IMG/VR virus record: IMGVR_UViG_2595698869_000001
Span: 43,214-107,213 of that record
Strand: one strand, 5' to 3'
DNA from: a virus
Lineage: Duplodnaviria; Heunggongvirae; Uroviricota; Caudoviricetes
DNA length: 64,000 nucleotides
Part shown: positions 37,775 through 47,757 of the stretch, piece by piece
Numbering within the stretch: position 1 is the stretch's first letter
How the letters are laid out: each line of letters starts with the position of its first letter
Translations under genes and position numbers: made by a program
Notes under the pieces: model-generated
Database searches by the model: none
The model's input: only the letters and a program-made list of their open reading frames with translations
Told to the model about the DNA's origin: nothing

Positions 37775-38575
37775 TTAGTCGACCGCTTCCAGGCGCCGGC
37801 GCTTGGGCGCGCTCGCCGGCAGGGACGGGGCAAGATCGCCGATCTTGCCGACCACCTTGCCGAGGAACACGATCCGCTTGGGATCGACGTCGACATGATC
37901 CTTCAGGTCGGCGCTATAGACCCGGAACGCGCCGCCCTTGGAGGGACGGGTGACGTGCGCGACCTGCATGACCTTGTCCAGGCCGTAGACGAACTCGCCG
38001 CCGGCGGTGCTGGGCTCGACGTCGCGGCGGACCACCGCCATGTCGCCCGGCTTGAGGCCAGGGGCGAAGTCGTGGATCGGGGCCAGGGCCAGATCGGTCG
38101 GCTCGGCCTCGAAGCGCTCGCGAAGCCAGTCGGGATCGAGGTTCCAGGTCCGGGCGCGCTTGAACTCGCCAAGGCGGCCTTTGAAGGTCACTTCCTCGAC
38201 CGGGTTGGGCGCGCCGACCCCGAAGGTGATGTATTCGGGCGTCGTCTTCAGGACGTGGGCGATCTGCTCCAGCACGTCGATGTGCGGCTTGACGCTGTCG
38301 GACTCGTACATGATGTACGCCGTGCGCGCCAGCGGCCGGCGCTCGCCCGCCTGCTTCGGCTCCCAGCCCGGTTTGGTGCTGGAGTCCTTGCGGGAATTGC
38401 TCTGCTGGGTCAGGAAGATCATCTTGGCGACCTGTTCCTGAGTCAGGTCGAGGGCCTTCCGGCAGGCGGTGATCCGCTGCCCGATGGTCTGAGGATGCGC
38501 AAGATCGGCATCCTTGTGGATCAAGGAACGAGCGCGATGGGGCACCATCGGCTTCAGTTCGGCCACGGCTTGCAT
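37775..38575 (-). CDS. XRE-family HTH regulator with C-terminal S24-like domain
   Basis: IGQRITACRKALDLTQEQVA...LEQIAHVLKTTPEYITFG; LKPGDMAVV. Confidence 0.8.
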   Translation of the reverse strand: MQAVAELKPMVPHRARSLIHKDADLAHPQTIGQRITACRKALDLTQEQVAKMIFLTQQSNSRKDSSTKPGWEPKQAGERRPLARTAYIMYESDSVKPHIDVLEQIAHVLKTTPEYITFGVGAPNPVEEVTFKGRLGEFKRARTWNLDPDWLRERFEAEPTDLALAPIHDFAPGLKPGDMAVVRRDVEPSTAGGEFVYGLDKVMQVAHVTRPSKGGAFRVYSADLKDHVDVDPKRIVFLGKVVGKIGDLAPSLPASAPKRRRLEAVD

Positions 38576-38752
38576 TTCGTTCTCCTCCGTCCGTCGGGAA
38601 CCGCGTCATTCGGTGTCGGGGTAACACCTGACATTTGCGATGGTTCCACGCCGCAACGTTTCCTTGTCGAAATTGACAAAGAGGGGATGTACACCCTCTT
38701 TGGCAACACATCAAGGCCAGAGATGAAAAAAGTTGTTAACCCGACTTAAGAC

Positions 38753-39436
38753 TCAGGCGCCGGTCGAGCCGAAGCCGCCCGCGCCCCGTTCGGTGTCGTC
38801 CAGGCTATCGACCTCGACGACCGGCACGATCAGGCACTGTTCGAGGATGATCTGGGCGATGCGATCGCCGGGCTTGATCTCCACGGTCTCCCCGAAGAAG
38901 GGCGCGCCGAAGACGTCGGCCTGCTTGCCGTGGTGGGTCAGGATGACCTTGACCTCGCCGGTGTAATCCTCGTCCACCACGCCGGCCAGGACCCCGATGC
39001 CCTTGACGCCCAGGCCCGAGCGCGGGGCGACGCGGGCGTAGGTTCCCTCGGGCGCGGTGATCGAGAGGCCCGTCGACAGCAGGGCGCGATCGCCGGGGTT
39101 CAGGCGCACCGTCTTCTCGCCGTCGTAATAGACGTCCAGGCCGGCGGCCTTGGGCGAGCCGCGCGTCGGGAGCTTGGCGGTTTGGGTCAGACGCTTGACC
39201 TTCAGAACCGGGCCGTCGTGCTGCATCTTGGTCAACCCCCTCGCCTCCTCCCAGGACAGAAACTGGACGTCGCGCGTGAAACGCCCGTAGAGCACGACGT
39301 TCTGATCGACGCCCGAGCGGACGTCCACCTCGATGCCGGCGCCCCGAAGGGCGTCGGCGAGGGTGTAGGCCTGCTCAGCTTGCGCAGCCCTTTGATAGAA
39401 GACGGTAGCTCGGCCGTAAAGGTGGGTCGGGGACAT
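38753..39436 (-). CDS. dut: dUTPase with N-terminal extension
   Basis: AAGLD, RVAPRSGL, GVVDEDYTGE, RIAQ, RGAGGFGSTG motifs; an internal ATG (MQHDGP) has its own RBS. Confidence 0.93.
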   Translation of the reverse strand: MSPTHLYGRATVFYQRAAQAEQAYTLADALRGAGIEVDVRSGVDQNVVLYGRFTRDVQFLSWEEARGLTKMQHDGPVLKVKRLTQTAKLPTRGSPKAAGLDVYYDGEKTVRLNPGDRALLSTGLSITAPEGTYARVAPRSGLGVKGIGVLAGVVDEDYTGEVKVILTHHGKQADVFGAPFFGETVEIKPGDRIAQIILEQCLIVPVVEVDSLDDTERGAGGFGSTGA

Positions 39437-39453
39437 TATTTTCGGGCCTCTGG

Positions 39454-40887
39454 TTAACGGGGGATGTCGAGGTGATCGGCCAGGGCGTCGGCGCCTCCGA
39501 TGAAGGCTTCCTCCTCGCCGCCCGCGTCCAGCAGGAAGATCATCGGCGAGGTGTTCCAGGTCGGGTGGCCCCAGTTCTGGCGGACGTCCTCGAACTTGGC
39601 GCGGCGGTCCTCGTCGCTGGGCTGGACGGCGTCATAGGGGATGCCCTCACGATCCAGGTAGGCCTTGGCCCGGTCGCAGTGCGGGCAGTTGGCCTTGGTG
39701 TAGACCCGGTATTCCGGCGCGCCGGCCGGCGCGGTGACCGCCACCTCGTCGAGGCGCTTGACCGACCAGTAACGCGGCGTCTCGGGGATCGCGCAGACGC
39801 CATCCTCGGCGCAGCCGTCGTCCTCGGGCGGCGGCGTCCAGACCGGACGCTGAAGGAAGCTGAACGCCCGCTCCCAGCCGGGGATTTCGCCCTTGCCGTA
39901 CTCCGTCGAGCGCTGCTCGAAGAAGTTGGTGTGGGTCGGGGCGTTCATGATCCAGTCGAGCCAGTCGAACGGATTGTCCTTGACGCCGTAGTTGGGCTTC
40001 AGGCCCAGTTGCAGCAGCCGGCGGTCGGCGATGTAGCGGATGTACTGCTTGGTGTCCTCGGGCGTGACGCCCTCGATCTGGAGTTTGCGGAACTTGCCCG
40101 AGCGGCGCTCGGCGCGGTTCTTCGCCGCCGGCTTGGCCTCGGCCATGTCCGGGGCGATCGCGAAGGCCTGATCGATGAACGCGTCTTCGAGGTCGACCAT
40201 GGCGCGGCAGGCGTCATAGATGCGCTTCTTGGTCTCGTCGTTCCAGGAGCGCGGGTGCTCCTTGATCAACTCGTGCAGGAGCTTGATCATCGACTCCACG
40301 TGATGGCTCTCGTCGCGGATCGACCACTCGACGATCGTGGTCATGCCCTTCATGCGGTTGCGGCGCTGGAAGGACATCAGCAGGGCGAAGGACGAGAAAA
40401 GCTGCATCCCCTCGCCGAAGGCCGAGAACACGGCGATGTCGACCATCAGGTCGGCGATCGAGTTGCCGCTGTCCCGATTGAACATGTACTCGTGCTTCTC
40501 GCGCATCGCCTCGTAGTCGAGGAAGGCGCGGAACTCGACCTCGGGCAGGCCCAGGGTGTCGATCAGCGTCGAGTAGGCGTCGATGTGGTTGGCCTCGGCG
40601 GCGATGAACGCGCCCAGCATCATCCGCACTTCCGGGTGCGGGAAGCGCGGGCCGTACTTCTCGAAGTAGCCGCGCGCCACGTCGACGTCGGCCTGGGTGA
40701 AGAACCGGAAGAGTTGCGTCAGCAGGGACTTCTCGTCCGGCGTCAGCTTCTCGTTCCAGTCCTGGATGTCCTGGTCCATGGGGGCTTCGTGCGGAAGCCA
40801 GTGCATGGCCTGCATGGTCTTGTAGGCCTCATAGGCCCAGGGGTAGACGAACGGCTTGTAGTAGTCGCGGGACTTGAGCAGGGACAT
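39454..40887 (-). CDS. nrdB: Class I ribonucleotide reductase beta subunit fused to C-terminal glutaredoxin
   Basis: QADVDV, EANH, FGEGMQLFSSF, IRDESHH, NFFE; then YRVYTKANCPHC.RAK..L. Confidence 0.93.
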   Translation of the reverse strand: MSLLKSRDYYKPFVYPWAYEAYKTMQAMHWLPHEAPMDQDIQDWNEKLTPDEKSLLTQLFRFFTQADVDVARGYFEKYGPRFPHPEVRMMLGAFIAAEANHIDAYSTLIDTLGLPEVEFRAFLDYEAMREKHEYMFNRDSGNSIADLMVDIAVFSAFGEGMQLFSSFALLMSFQRRNRMKGMTTIVEWSIRDESHHVESMIKLLHELIKEHPRSWNDETKKRIYDACRAMVDLEDAFIDQAFAIAPDMAEAKPAAKNRAERRSGKFRKLQIEGVTPEDTKQYIRYIADRRLLQLGLKPNYGVKDNPFDWLDWIMNAPTHTNFFEQRSTEYGKGEIPGWERAFSFLQRPVWTPPPEDDGCAEDGVCAIPETPRYWSVKRLDEVAVTAPAGAPEYRVYTKANCPHCDRAKAYLDREGIPYDAVQPSDEDRRAKFEDVRQNWGHPTWNTSPMIFLLDAGGEEEAFIGGADALADHLDIPR

Positions 40888-40940
40888 GAAGGGGTCTCAG
40901 GAAAAGGAGGGAAGGGGAGGATGAAGGGGCCGCCGGCCCC

Positions 40941-43748
40941 TTACCCCTCACATGCCAAGCAGTCGGACGAGGCCGTCGGGTTGAGGGCCAGCATCGCGGC
41001 CTCCTCGGCGGAGCCCTCGGTCACGGGCTCCTCGGCGATCTCGATCTTCTTGCGCTCGACCTTGGCGTTGGTGTTCTCGGCCCGCTTGGGGGTCGACGAG
41101 CGCAGGTAGTAGAAGGACTTGACGCCGGCGCCCTCGCCCCAGCCCAGGAAGTGGAGTTCCGAGAGGTACTCGGCGTCCGCGTCGTGGGGCACGAAGACGT
41201 TCAGGGACTGGCCCTGGCAGATCGACTTGGAGCGGTCGACCGCGAGGGTCACGACCCAGCGCTGGTCCATTTCGCGGGCGGTCCGGTAGACCTTCAGGAG
41301 ATGCAGGCGCTCGGCTTCCGGCATGGTCACGCCGTGCTCGGCCAGGAACTCGGGCGTGAAGTGCTGGATCGAGCCCTCGGCCGCGACGATCGACTTCCAG
41401 ACCGCCTCGGTGTCCAGGCCCAGTTCGCCCAGGCGCTTCTTCAGCCAGCGGTTCTTGACGGCGAACGAGCCCGACAGGGTCTTGTGCAGGAAGGTGTTGG
41501 CCGGGATCGGCTCGATCGACGGCGAGGTGCCCCCGCAGAGGATCGAGGACGAGGCGTTGGGCGCCACGGCCAGCTTGTGGGCGAACCGCTCGCCCGTGCC
41601 TTCCATGTCCGGCGCCTCGCCGCGCTCCTTGCCCAGCAGCAGGGAAGCCGCGTCGGCCTGCTTGCGCATGTGGACGAACAGTTCCAGGTTCAGCCGGCGG
41701 GCGGCGTGACTCTCGAACGGGATGTCCAGCATCTGGAGCAGCGAGTGGAAGCCGAGCAGGCCCAGGCCCACCGACCGTTCGCGCACGGCGCTGTAGGCGG
41801 CGCGGTGCATCTCGTCCGGCGCGTTGTCGATGAACACCTGGAGGCAGTTGTCCAGCATGCGCAGCAGGTCTTCGATGAAGGTCGGGTGATCCCGCCACTC
41901 CGGCCACTTCTCGGCGTTGACGCTGGAGAGGCAGCAGACGGCGGTCCGCATCTTGCCGAAGATGTCGCGGCCCGAGCCCAGCATGATCTCCGAGCAGTTG
42001 CCCGTCAGATAGCCGTTGAAGACCAGACGGTTGCGCAGGGGCTCGGTCGCGCAGAAGACGTCGGCCTTGTGCGCGAGCGGGTGGACGTCGGCGACCGTCG
42101 CCGCCAGGATCGAGGCCACCCCGATCGCGGCATCGCGCGGCTCGATCGCGTGGGCCAGGACGATGCCGCGATCCGACAGGTAGGCCACGTCCCACTCGGC
42201 GAGCGAGAAGGCGCTGACCGTGTCGGTCAGGCGGATGCGCGGGTGAAGGCCGGACTCGATGGCCATGAGGCGCATCTGGCGGATCAGGTCGACGTCGGTC
42301 GAGCCGACGGTCAGCCAGCGCGCGCCGTCGATCTCGACCCACTCGCCGGCCGCGTCCAGCGCGCCGGCCAGCCACGTCAGGCGGCGTTCGACAGTCCAGG
42401 CGAATGGCACCACGCCGGGATTGATCACCTGCGGGTCAAAGCGCAGGGTCGTGCCGTGCTCGTCGCCTTCCAGGTTGGTCGACAGCGTCGACAGGCGCTT
42501 GAGCACCTCGCCGGGCAGGGTCTCGGGCACGAAGGCCGACAGCCGGTTCTTGTCGTCGAAGCCAGCGAAGGTCGTCCAGCCGGCGGCATAGGCCTGCTCG
42601 ATCGGCGGCGTCGCGTCGGCCAGTCCCTCGATCACCGGCGCCTGGGCCTTGGCCAGCACGGTCCCGAGCTTCAGTTCGCCGGCCCGAACCTCCACGCCGT
42701 CCTTGGTGTAGAACTTGTGGTAGGGGGTGCAGTCGAGATAGTCGCCGTCCTCGAACCAGACGCGCACCAGCGAGGCCTTCTCGTCGGTGGGGTTGGTCTG
42801 CTGGATCAGGACGCGGCTGAATTCCTCGCCGTTCCAGACGTCGTGGTATTCGCCCTTCAGGGCCTCGATCGGCAGGTGGCCGTTGCGGGTCAGGATTTCG
42901 GTCTCGCCGGTCACGCAGAGGTTCGACTGGCGGACCTTGAGGCCGAGCTTCTTCTGCGCCTCGGGGAAGTGGCGGTTGGAGGTGTCGATGAAGTGGATGT
43001 AGGGCTCGCCCGTCTGCATCCGCGTCTCGATCAGCAGGCGCCACAGTTCGCGCGCCCGCTCGACGCGGATCACCTCGCCGGTCTTGGGCGAACGCAGGGC
43101 GAACTCGGTGTCGTCGCGCACCGCGATCATGAACTCGTCGGTGACGTTGACGGCGTTGTGCAGATTGGTGATCTTGCGGTTCTGGTCGCCGCCGGTCGGC
43201 TTGCGGGCCGTGATGAACTCGCGGATTTCCGGGTGGCTGATGTCCAGATAGACGGCGTTGGAGCCCCGGCGCGTGCCGCCTTGGCTGACGGCGAGAATCA
43301 GGCGATCGTCCACCGCCATGAACGGGATCACGCCGGTCGACTGCGAACCCTTCGAGGTCTTCTCGCCCAGGCCGCGCAGGGCGCCGTAGTAGGAGCCGAT
43401 GCCGCCGCCCATCGACGAGAGCCAGATAACCTCGTCATAGTGCTCGGAGATCGACTCGCGGCTGTCCTCGATCGCGGTGAGGAAGCAGGAGATCGGCAGG
43501 CCGCGCGCGGACCCGCCGTTCGACAGCAGGGGCGTGGCGAACATGAACCAGAGGTTCGAGACATAGTCGTAGAGCCGCTGGCCGTGCTCGGCGTCATCCG
43601 CGAAGGCCGCACTCGCGCGCGCGAAGGCCTCCTGGGGCGAGCTTTCCCCAGGCAGCAGATAGCGTTCACGGAGGGTCTGAAGGGTGAAGTCGTCGAGCAG
43701 GGCGTCGCGGGTGAGATCGATCTTGATTTCGGAGGGTGCGACAGCCAT
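40941..43748 (-). CDS. nrdA: Class I ribonucleotide reductase alpha subunit, intein-containing
   Basis: ATPLLSNGG, PISCFL, SNL-[intein]-CSEI, APNASSS, CQGQSLN, YYLRS, C-terminal CLACEG; start placed at ATG 43748. Confidence 0.93.
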   Translation of the reverse strand: MAVAPSEIKIDLTRDALLDDFTLQTLRERYLLPGESSPQEAFARASAAFADDAEHGQRLYDYVSNLWFMFATPLLSNGGSARGLPISCFLTAIEDSRESISEHYDEVIWLSSMGGGIGSYYGALRGLGEKTSKGSQSTGVIPFMAVDDRLILAVSQGGTRRGSNAVYLDISHPEIREFITARKPTGGDQNRKITNLHNAVNVTDEFMIAVRDDTEFALRSPKTGEVIRVERARELWRLLIETRMQTGEPYIHFIDTSNRHFPEAQKKLGLKVRQSNLCVTGETEILTRNGHLPIEALKGEYHDVWNGEEFSRVLIQQTNPTDEKASLVRVWFEDGDYLDCTPYHKFYTKDGVEVRAGELKLGTVLAKAQAPVIEGLADATPPIEQAYAAGWTTFAGFDDKNRLSAFVPETLPGEVLKRLSTLSTNLEGDEHGTTLRFDPQVINPGVVPFAWTVERRLTWLAGALDAAGEWVEIDGARWLTVGSTDVDLIRQMRLMAIESGLHPRIRLTDTVSAFSLAEWDVAYLSDRGIVLAHAIEPRDAAIGVASILAATVADVHPLAHKADVFCATEPLRNRLVFNGYLTGNCSEIMLGSGRDIFGKMRTAVCCLSSVNAEKWPEWRDHPTFIEDLLRMLDNCLQVFIDNAPDEMHRAAYSAVRERSVGLGLLGFHSLLQMLDIPFESHAARRLNLELFVHMRKQADAASLLLGKERGEAPDMEGTGERFAHKLAVAPNASSSILCGGTSPSIEPIPANTFLHKTLSGSFAVKNRWLKKRLGELGLDTEAVWKSIVAAEGSIQHFTPEFLAEHGVTMPEAERLHLLKVYRTAREMDQRWVVTLAVDRSKSICQGQSLNVFVPHDADAEYLSELHFLGWGEGAGVKSFYYLRSSTPKRAENTNAKVERKKIEIAEEPVTEGSAEEAAMLALNPTASSDCLACEG
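41997..42917 (-). mobile_element. Intein (307 aa) with degenerate LAGLIDADG region
   Basis: Begins CVTGETEILT, contains CTPYHKF (block B), ends VFCATEP..N.L..NG.LTGN before Cys; splits the NL/CSE active-site loop. Confidence 0.9.
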
Positions 43749-43910
43749 GGGGTCTCGTTCTCGCGTCGAGGCGCGATGCGTTAAAAAGCCCTGAGAAATC
43801 AGGGCCTTAGATTGACAGCAAAGGATGGTTAAGATAGCCTGAGGGGTCCCGAAAGTCAAGATTCACGACACTCGTGGACCCCTCAAAGATTCCTTGACAG
43901 CCCCTCGGAT

Positions 43911-44147
43911 TTACTCGTCGGCGAACTTCATTCCGGCCGCCTGGAGGATGTCCTTGGTATTGCAGGGCTTTCCATCCAGGAGGAAACAGAGGCGGGTTTC
44001 GCGGACCCGATCCCCCAGCGCGGCGATCGCGCGTTCGAGGATCGTCATCCCATCGCCGAGGGGAGCGATCAGCGCTCCGGTCTCGCGCGGGAGGCGAGGG
44101 CCGCTGCCCTTCGCCTCCTTCGGGGCCTTGCTCCGCTTACCGGACAA
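43911..44147 (-). CDS. Hypothetical protein (78 aa)
   Basis: Overlaps the upstream stop; protein-like sequence. Confidence 0.65.
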   Translation of the reverse strand: MSGKRSKAPKEAKGSGPRLPRETGALIAPLGDGMTILERAIAALGDRVRETRLCFLLDGKPCNTKDILQAAGMKFADE

Positions 44148-44484
44148 CGCCAGCCACCCCCACCACCGCCTGGAACTCGGCCAGGGCTTGGTCGACGTCG
44201 TGCCCGGCGGCGATCTTCGCCGAGAGGTCCGCGACGGCGGTGTTGACCCGGTCGAGTTCGGCCTTGAAGTAGTCCGGGGTCTCCTTCAGGATGTTGACCA
44301 GCGCCAGGGTGACGATGTCGACCACCGGGATGCGGATGGTCTCCCCGTCGGCTTCGTTGAACGAGGCCAGCGACAGGCCGATGGTGAAGCCGCTCGGATT
44401 GTCCGGCGTCTCGGTCAGGGCCAGAACCGATTGGGCGAGCGCGCGCTCTTCTTGGACCTGGGTGTCTTCAGAGGGGGAGGTCAT
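44137..44484 (-). CDS. Hypothetical protein (115 aa)
   Basis: Strong codon bias, overlapping neighbours. Confidence 0.75.
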   Translation of the reverse strand: MTSPSEDTQVQEERALAQSVLALTETPDNPSGFTIGLSLASFNEADGETIRIPVVDIVTLALVNILKETPDYFKAELDRVNTAVADLSAKIAAGHDVDQALAEFQAVVGVAGVVR

Positions 44485-44773
44485 GGGATTCCTGCTGCAT
44501 GAGGAGGGTGATGCGGTTGACGGCGTCGACTTCGCTGATCGGCCCGGCCTTCAGGAGGGCGTCGATCGTGTCGGCGATCACCCCCTGCTGGTCGAGGGTC
44601 ATGATCGCGAGCCCGTAGAGCAGCGCCTGGGACGCGTGGCGCCGGACGCTCGGGGTGGTGTGGTGGATGATCAGGTCGGCCTCGGCGCGATCCCCGCTGG
44701 CGGGCACGAAGGCCGAGAGCGAGAATTCCGGGGCCAGATCGTCCGGGATATCGAGAGGGGCGGGGGAGGACAT
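44468..44773 (-). CDS. Hypothetical protein (101 aa)
   Basis: Downstream of promoter motif 44811-44826; GGAG RBS. Confidence 0.75.
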   Translation of the reverse strand: MSSPAPLDIPDDLAPEFSLSAFVPASGDRAEADLIIHHTTPSVRRHASQALLYGLAIMTLDQQGVIADTIDALLKAGPISEVDAVNRITLLMQQESHDLPL

Positions 44774-44840
44774 GCTCGGCTCCGGTGATGTCGTGTCTCC
44801 TGACGATTGATGTCAGGATTCACGACATCGGTCAACAAGG

Positions 44841-45800
44841 TTAATTCGCCGCAGGGGCGTCCCAGACGGCTTCGCCCGGCACGAACTTGCGGAACTGCTG
44901 GAAGCCCCGGAAATTGCCCTGGTGCGCCTTGGTCAGCGCGGCGCCCGGACGGGCGGCGCGGGCTTGGTGCTCCAGCGGCGAGGCATGGACCGGCTGGGAG
45001 GCGGCCAGCTTCAGGAAGGTCCCGACGTCACGGGTGATCGAGGCCTTGGAGCCGTCGAAGTCGCGGTAGCTGGCGCGCGCGCAGCGCGACGCCGACGAGA
45101 CGATCAGGAGGCGGTCGATCTCGGAGACCTCGCGCAGATTGACGAAGGCGAAGTCGATCAGACCCAGATTGTAGTCGGCCTGAGCCCGCTCGTTGCGCAG
45201 GAAGCGCGAGATCGTGTCGATGTCCTCTTCCAGGTTGATGAACGGCAGGTGCCATTCGCCCGGCCGCAGCAGGCGCGGGGTCTGGGCGTACAGGTCCGCC
45301 TTGATCCGTCGCGCCAGGGTCTGGATTTCGTCCTGGGCACCGGCGTCGTCGCGCAGGGTCAGGAAGTTGATCCAGTCGGTGGCCGAGACCACGACCGAGA
45401 TGTAGCCGAACCATTCGGTGGCGCGGTTGACCCACTGCTTATGGATGTTGAGGCCGCCTTCCTCGCGCGGCAGGCCCAGCTTGGCGACGCCGGCGCGCAC
45501 CGCGTCCGCCATCTCCATCCAGATCGCCTCGGCCGCCTCCTGGTCGGCGTTCGACAGATATTCGCCCGGTTGCATGCCCGGCTTGTTCTCGCGGAACAGC
45601 GGCACGTAGGGCTCGTCCAGCAGCATCTTCTTGAGCGGGATGGCCCGGCTCGACGAGGCGTTGCGGCTGAACACCCGATGGGTCATGAAGTCGGCGTGGA
45701 CCATGCGCGGATAGCGCAGCAGCAGACTGTCCAGGCGCTTGCCGTCCTGGGTGATCGACGCGGCCAGCGGCGTCGTTTGAACGAAATCGAGGGTCGGCAT
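44841..45800 (-). CDS. thyX: Flavin-dependent thymidylate synthase (ThyX/Thy1-like)
   Basis: THRVFSRNASSSRAIP, NFLTLR...AQDEI..LA, SRCARASY, HASPLEH. Confidence 0.88.
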   Translation of the reverse strand: MPTLDFVQTTPLAASITQDGKRLDSLLLRYPRMVHADFMTHRVFSRNASSSRAIPLKKMLLDEPYVPLFRENKPGMQPGEYLSNADQEAAEAIWMEMADAVRAGVAKLGLPREEGGLNIHKQWVNRATEWFGYISVVVSATDWINFLTLRDDAGAQDEIQTLARRIKADLYAQTPRLLRPGEWHLPFINLEEDIDTISRFLRNERAQADYNLGLIDFAFVNLREVSEIDRLLIVSSASRCARASYRDFDGSKASITRDVGTFLKLAASQPVHASPLEHQARAARPGAALTKAHQGNFRGFQQFRKFVPGEAVWDAPAAN

Positions 45801-45803
45801 GGA

Positions 45804-46340
45804 TCAGTCCTGGGCGGCGTCGAGCACGATCATGGCGATCGCGTTGTGGAGATCGTCGATCCCCCGGTCGTTGGTGATGGTCCAGTCGGGGACGATCAGG
45901 TCCATCTCCAGTTCGGAGGCGTGCTGGGAGGCGGCGTCCTTGGTGACCTTGCGCGGGTCCTCGACGCGGATGATCCGGCCCTTCAGCGCCCGCACGGCGG
46001 CGGCCTCGTTCAGGAAGCGGCAGTCCGAGCAGACGACATGGCTGTAGCCGCCGGCCGCCCGCTTGAAGGCCTCGATCCAGGTGTCCGACTCATAGGAGCG
46101 GAACATCTCGGTGCCGATCTTCTGGAGGATGTCGCGGGGGCTCTTGAAGGGGTAGCGGTCCAGGACCGTCTCCTTGAGCACCGGGTCCGACATTTCGAGG
46201 TCGGTCACGCCATAGGCGATCTTGGCGATCTCCCGCAGCGGGTCGGCGAAGTTGATGTGGCGGTAGCCGGCGGCTTCCAGGCGGCGGGCGGCCGTCGTCT
46301 TGCCGTGCCCGCGCTTGCCGGTGATGGCAATCAGGTCCAT
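45804..46340 (-). CDS. Deoxynucleoside monophosphate kinase
   Basis: ITGKRGHGKTT, FADPLRE, PRDILQKIGTE, DCRFLNE, HASE. Confidence 0.9.
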   Translation of the reverse strand: MDLIAITGKRGHGKTTAARRLEAAGYRHINFADPLREIAKIAYGVTDLEMSDPVLKETVLDRYPFKSPRDILQKIGTEMFRSYESDTWIEAFKRAAGGYSHVVCSDCRFLNEAAAVRALKGRIIRVEDPRKVTKDAASQHASELEMDLIVPDWTITNDRGIDDLHNAIAMIVLDAAQD

Positions 46341-46349
46341 GGGGTTCTC

Positions 46350-47684
46350 CTAGCGAAGGATGGTGAGGGTCTTGGCCGCGCGGGTGATGCCCGTGTAGAG
46401 CCACTTGTCTTCGTCGGCCCGGAAGCAGCCGCTTTCGTCGATCAGGACGACATCGTCCCACTGCGAACCCTGGCTGGCATGGCAGGTGATGGCGTAGGCC
46501 CAGTCCGCGACGATCGAGCTTTTCAGCGCCCGCCAAGCCTTCTGCTCAGGCGCGGTGTAGCCCTTGTTGGTGCGCGAGAAGTGCTCCTCGAACATCCCCT
46601 GGAACATCGTCTTGTCGTGGTACTCGACGCCGTTCTCGTCGCTGAACGAGCCCTGGAACGTCGCGTCGCCATGGGTGAACTCGACCGACTTGAGCGAGGT
46701 CACTTCCGTGCCGTTGGTCAGGTCCGGGTTGTCGCGGACGTTCTTGCGGATGATCAGCGGCTCGTTCTTCTGCGGCCCCACGCGCTCGCCAGGGTACTCG
46801 ACGTAGCCGAATTCCGAGCGAAGCTGCTGGTTGACGTTCCACCGGGTCTTGTTGCGGCCGACGATGAACTGCGGGCGGTCCTCGAAATCGAAGACCTCCT
46901 CATATTCGGCGCGGCGCATGACCTTCACCCCGCTGCCGTAGTCGCGGAACGGCAGGTCCTTGCCTTCGCGCGCCAGGGTCGACAGGTGGATGATCGGATT
47001 GTCCTGGGCCTGCCGGTGGATTTCCGACAGGAAGAAGTCCGGATCATTGGCCAGCAGGCCCGCGTCGTCCTCGACCGGGGGAAGCTGACCAGGATCGCCC
47101 ATGGCGAAGATCGGCACCCCGTATTCCATCAGGTCGTCGGTCATCCGGCGCCCGACCATGGACGCCTCGTCGACGACGATCAGGCTCGCCAACTGGATGG
47201 CGCTGTCGGGGTTCAGTTGGAAGTTGATCTTGTCCTCGCGGTAGGCCGCGCTGAGTTCGGCCTCCAGGCGCTTGATCAGCTTCTTTTGCGTGAAGATGTG
47301 CTGGTCCTTGTCCGGATCGCCGCCTTCCATGGCGCAGATGTAGAGCGCTTCGCTGAGCGCTTCCCGGTGGTTTTCCAGGTCGGTTTCGAGTTGTGAGATC
47401 GGGGCCGGCTTGGCGCGGTAGATCGCCGAATGGATCGTGCCCGCGTTGGTGTTGGCGTAGCCCTGGGCCTTCAGCTTGGTCCGCATGACCTTGGCGGCCT
47501 TGCCCGTCGGGGCGACGAAGGCCACGGTCTCGGGCGCGATGCCGAGGCTGTCGAGAATGAACGGCAGGATGGTGGACTTGCCCGAGCCGGCGAAGCCGGT
47601 CATCGTCGTCAGGGGTTGCCCGTCCTTGATCTTTTCGACAACGACCTTGCGGGCCGTGTCCTGTTGTGCGCTGAGCGTAGTCAT
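46350..47684 (-). CDS. RecD/Dda-like SF1B helicase
   Basis: GFAGSGKS, APTGKAA, TIHS, IVVDEASM, MGDPGQLPPV, AITCHASQGSQW, YTGITRA. Confidence 0.92.
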   Translation of the reverse strand: MTTLSAQQDTARKVVVEKIKDGQPLTTMTGFAGSGKSTILPFILDSLGIAPETVAFVAPTGKAAKVMRTKLKAQGYANTNAGTIHSAIYRAKPAPISQLETDLENHREALSEALYICAMEGGDPDKDQHIFTQKKLIKRLEAELSAAYREDKINFQLNPDSAIQLASLIVVDEASMVGRRMTDDLMEYGVPIFAMGDPGQLPPVEDDAGLLANDPDFFLSEIHRQAQDNPIIHLSTLAREGKDLPFRDYGSGVKVMRRAEYEEVFDFEDRPQFIVGRNKTRWNVNQQLRSEFGYVEYPGERVGPQKNEPLIIRKNVRDNPDLTNGTEVTSLKSVEFTHGDATFQGSFSDENGVEYHDKTMFQGMFEEHFSRTNKGYTAPEQKAWRALKSSIVADWAYAITCHASQGSQWDDVVLIDESGCFRADEDKWLYTGITRAAKTLTILR

Positions 47685-47757
47685 CGGAGACTTTCGGACG
47701 AGACGAGGGAACCCGCCCGGACGCGCCGGGCGGGTTGGTCGAAGAGATCAGGAGCGC

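Noticed and set aside
38736-38750. Full CtrA box upstream of the XRE gene
   Set aside because: Spacing is TTAA-N6-TTAA rather than N7. GTTAAC half-sites recur near several gene starts, but many coincide with -10 positions, so not called.
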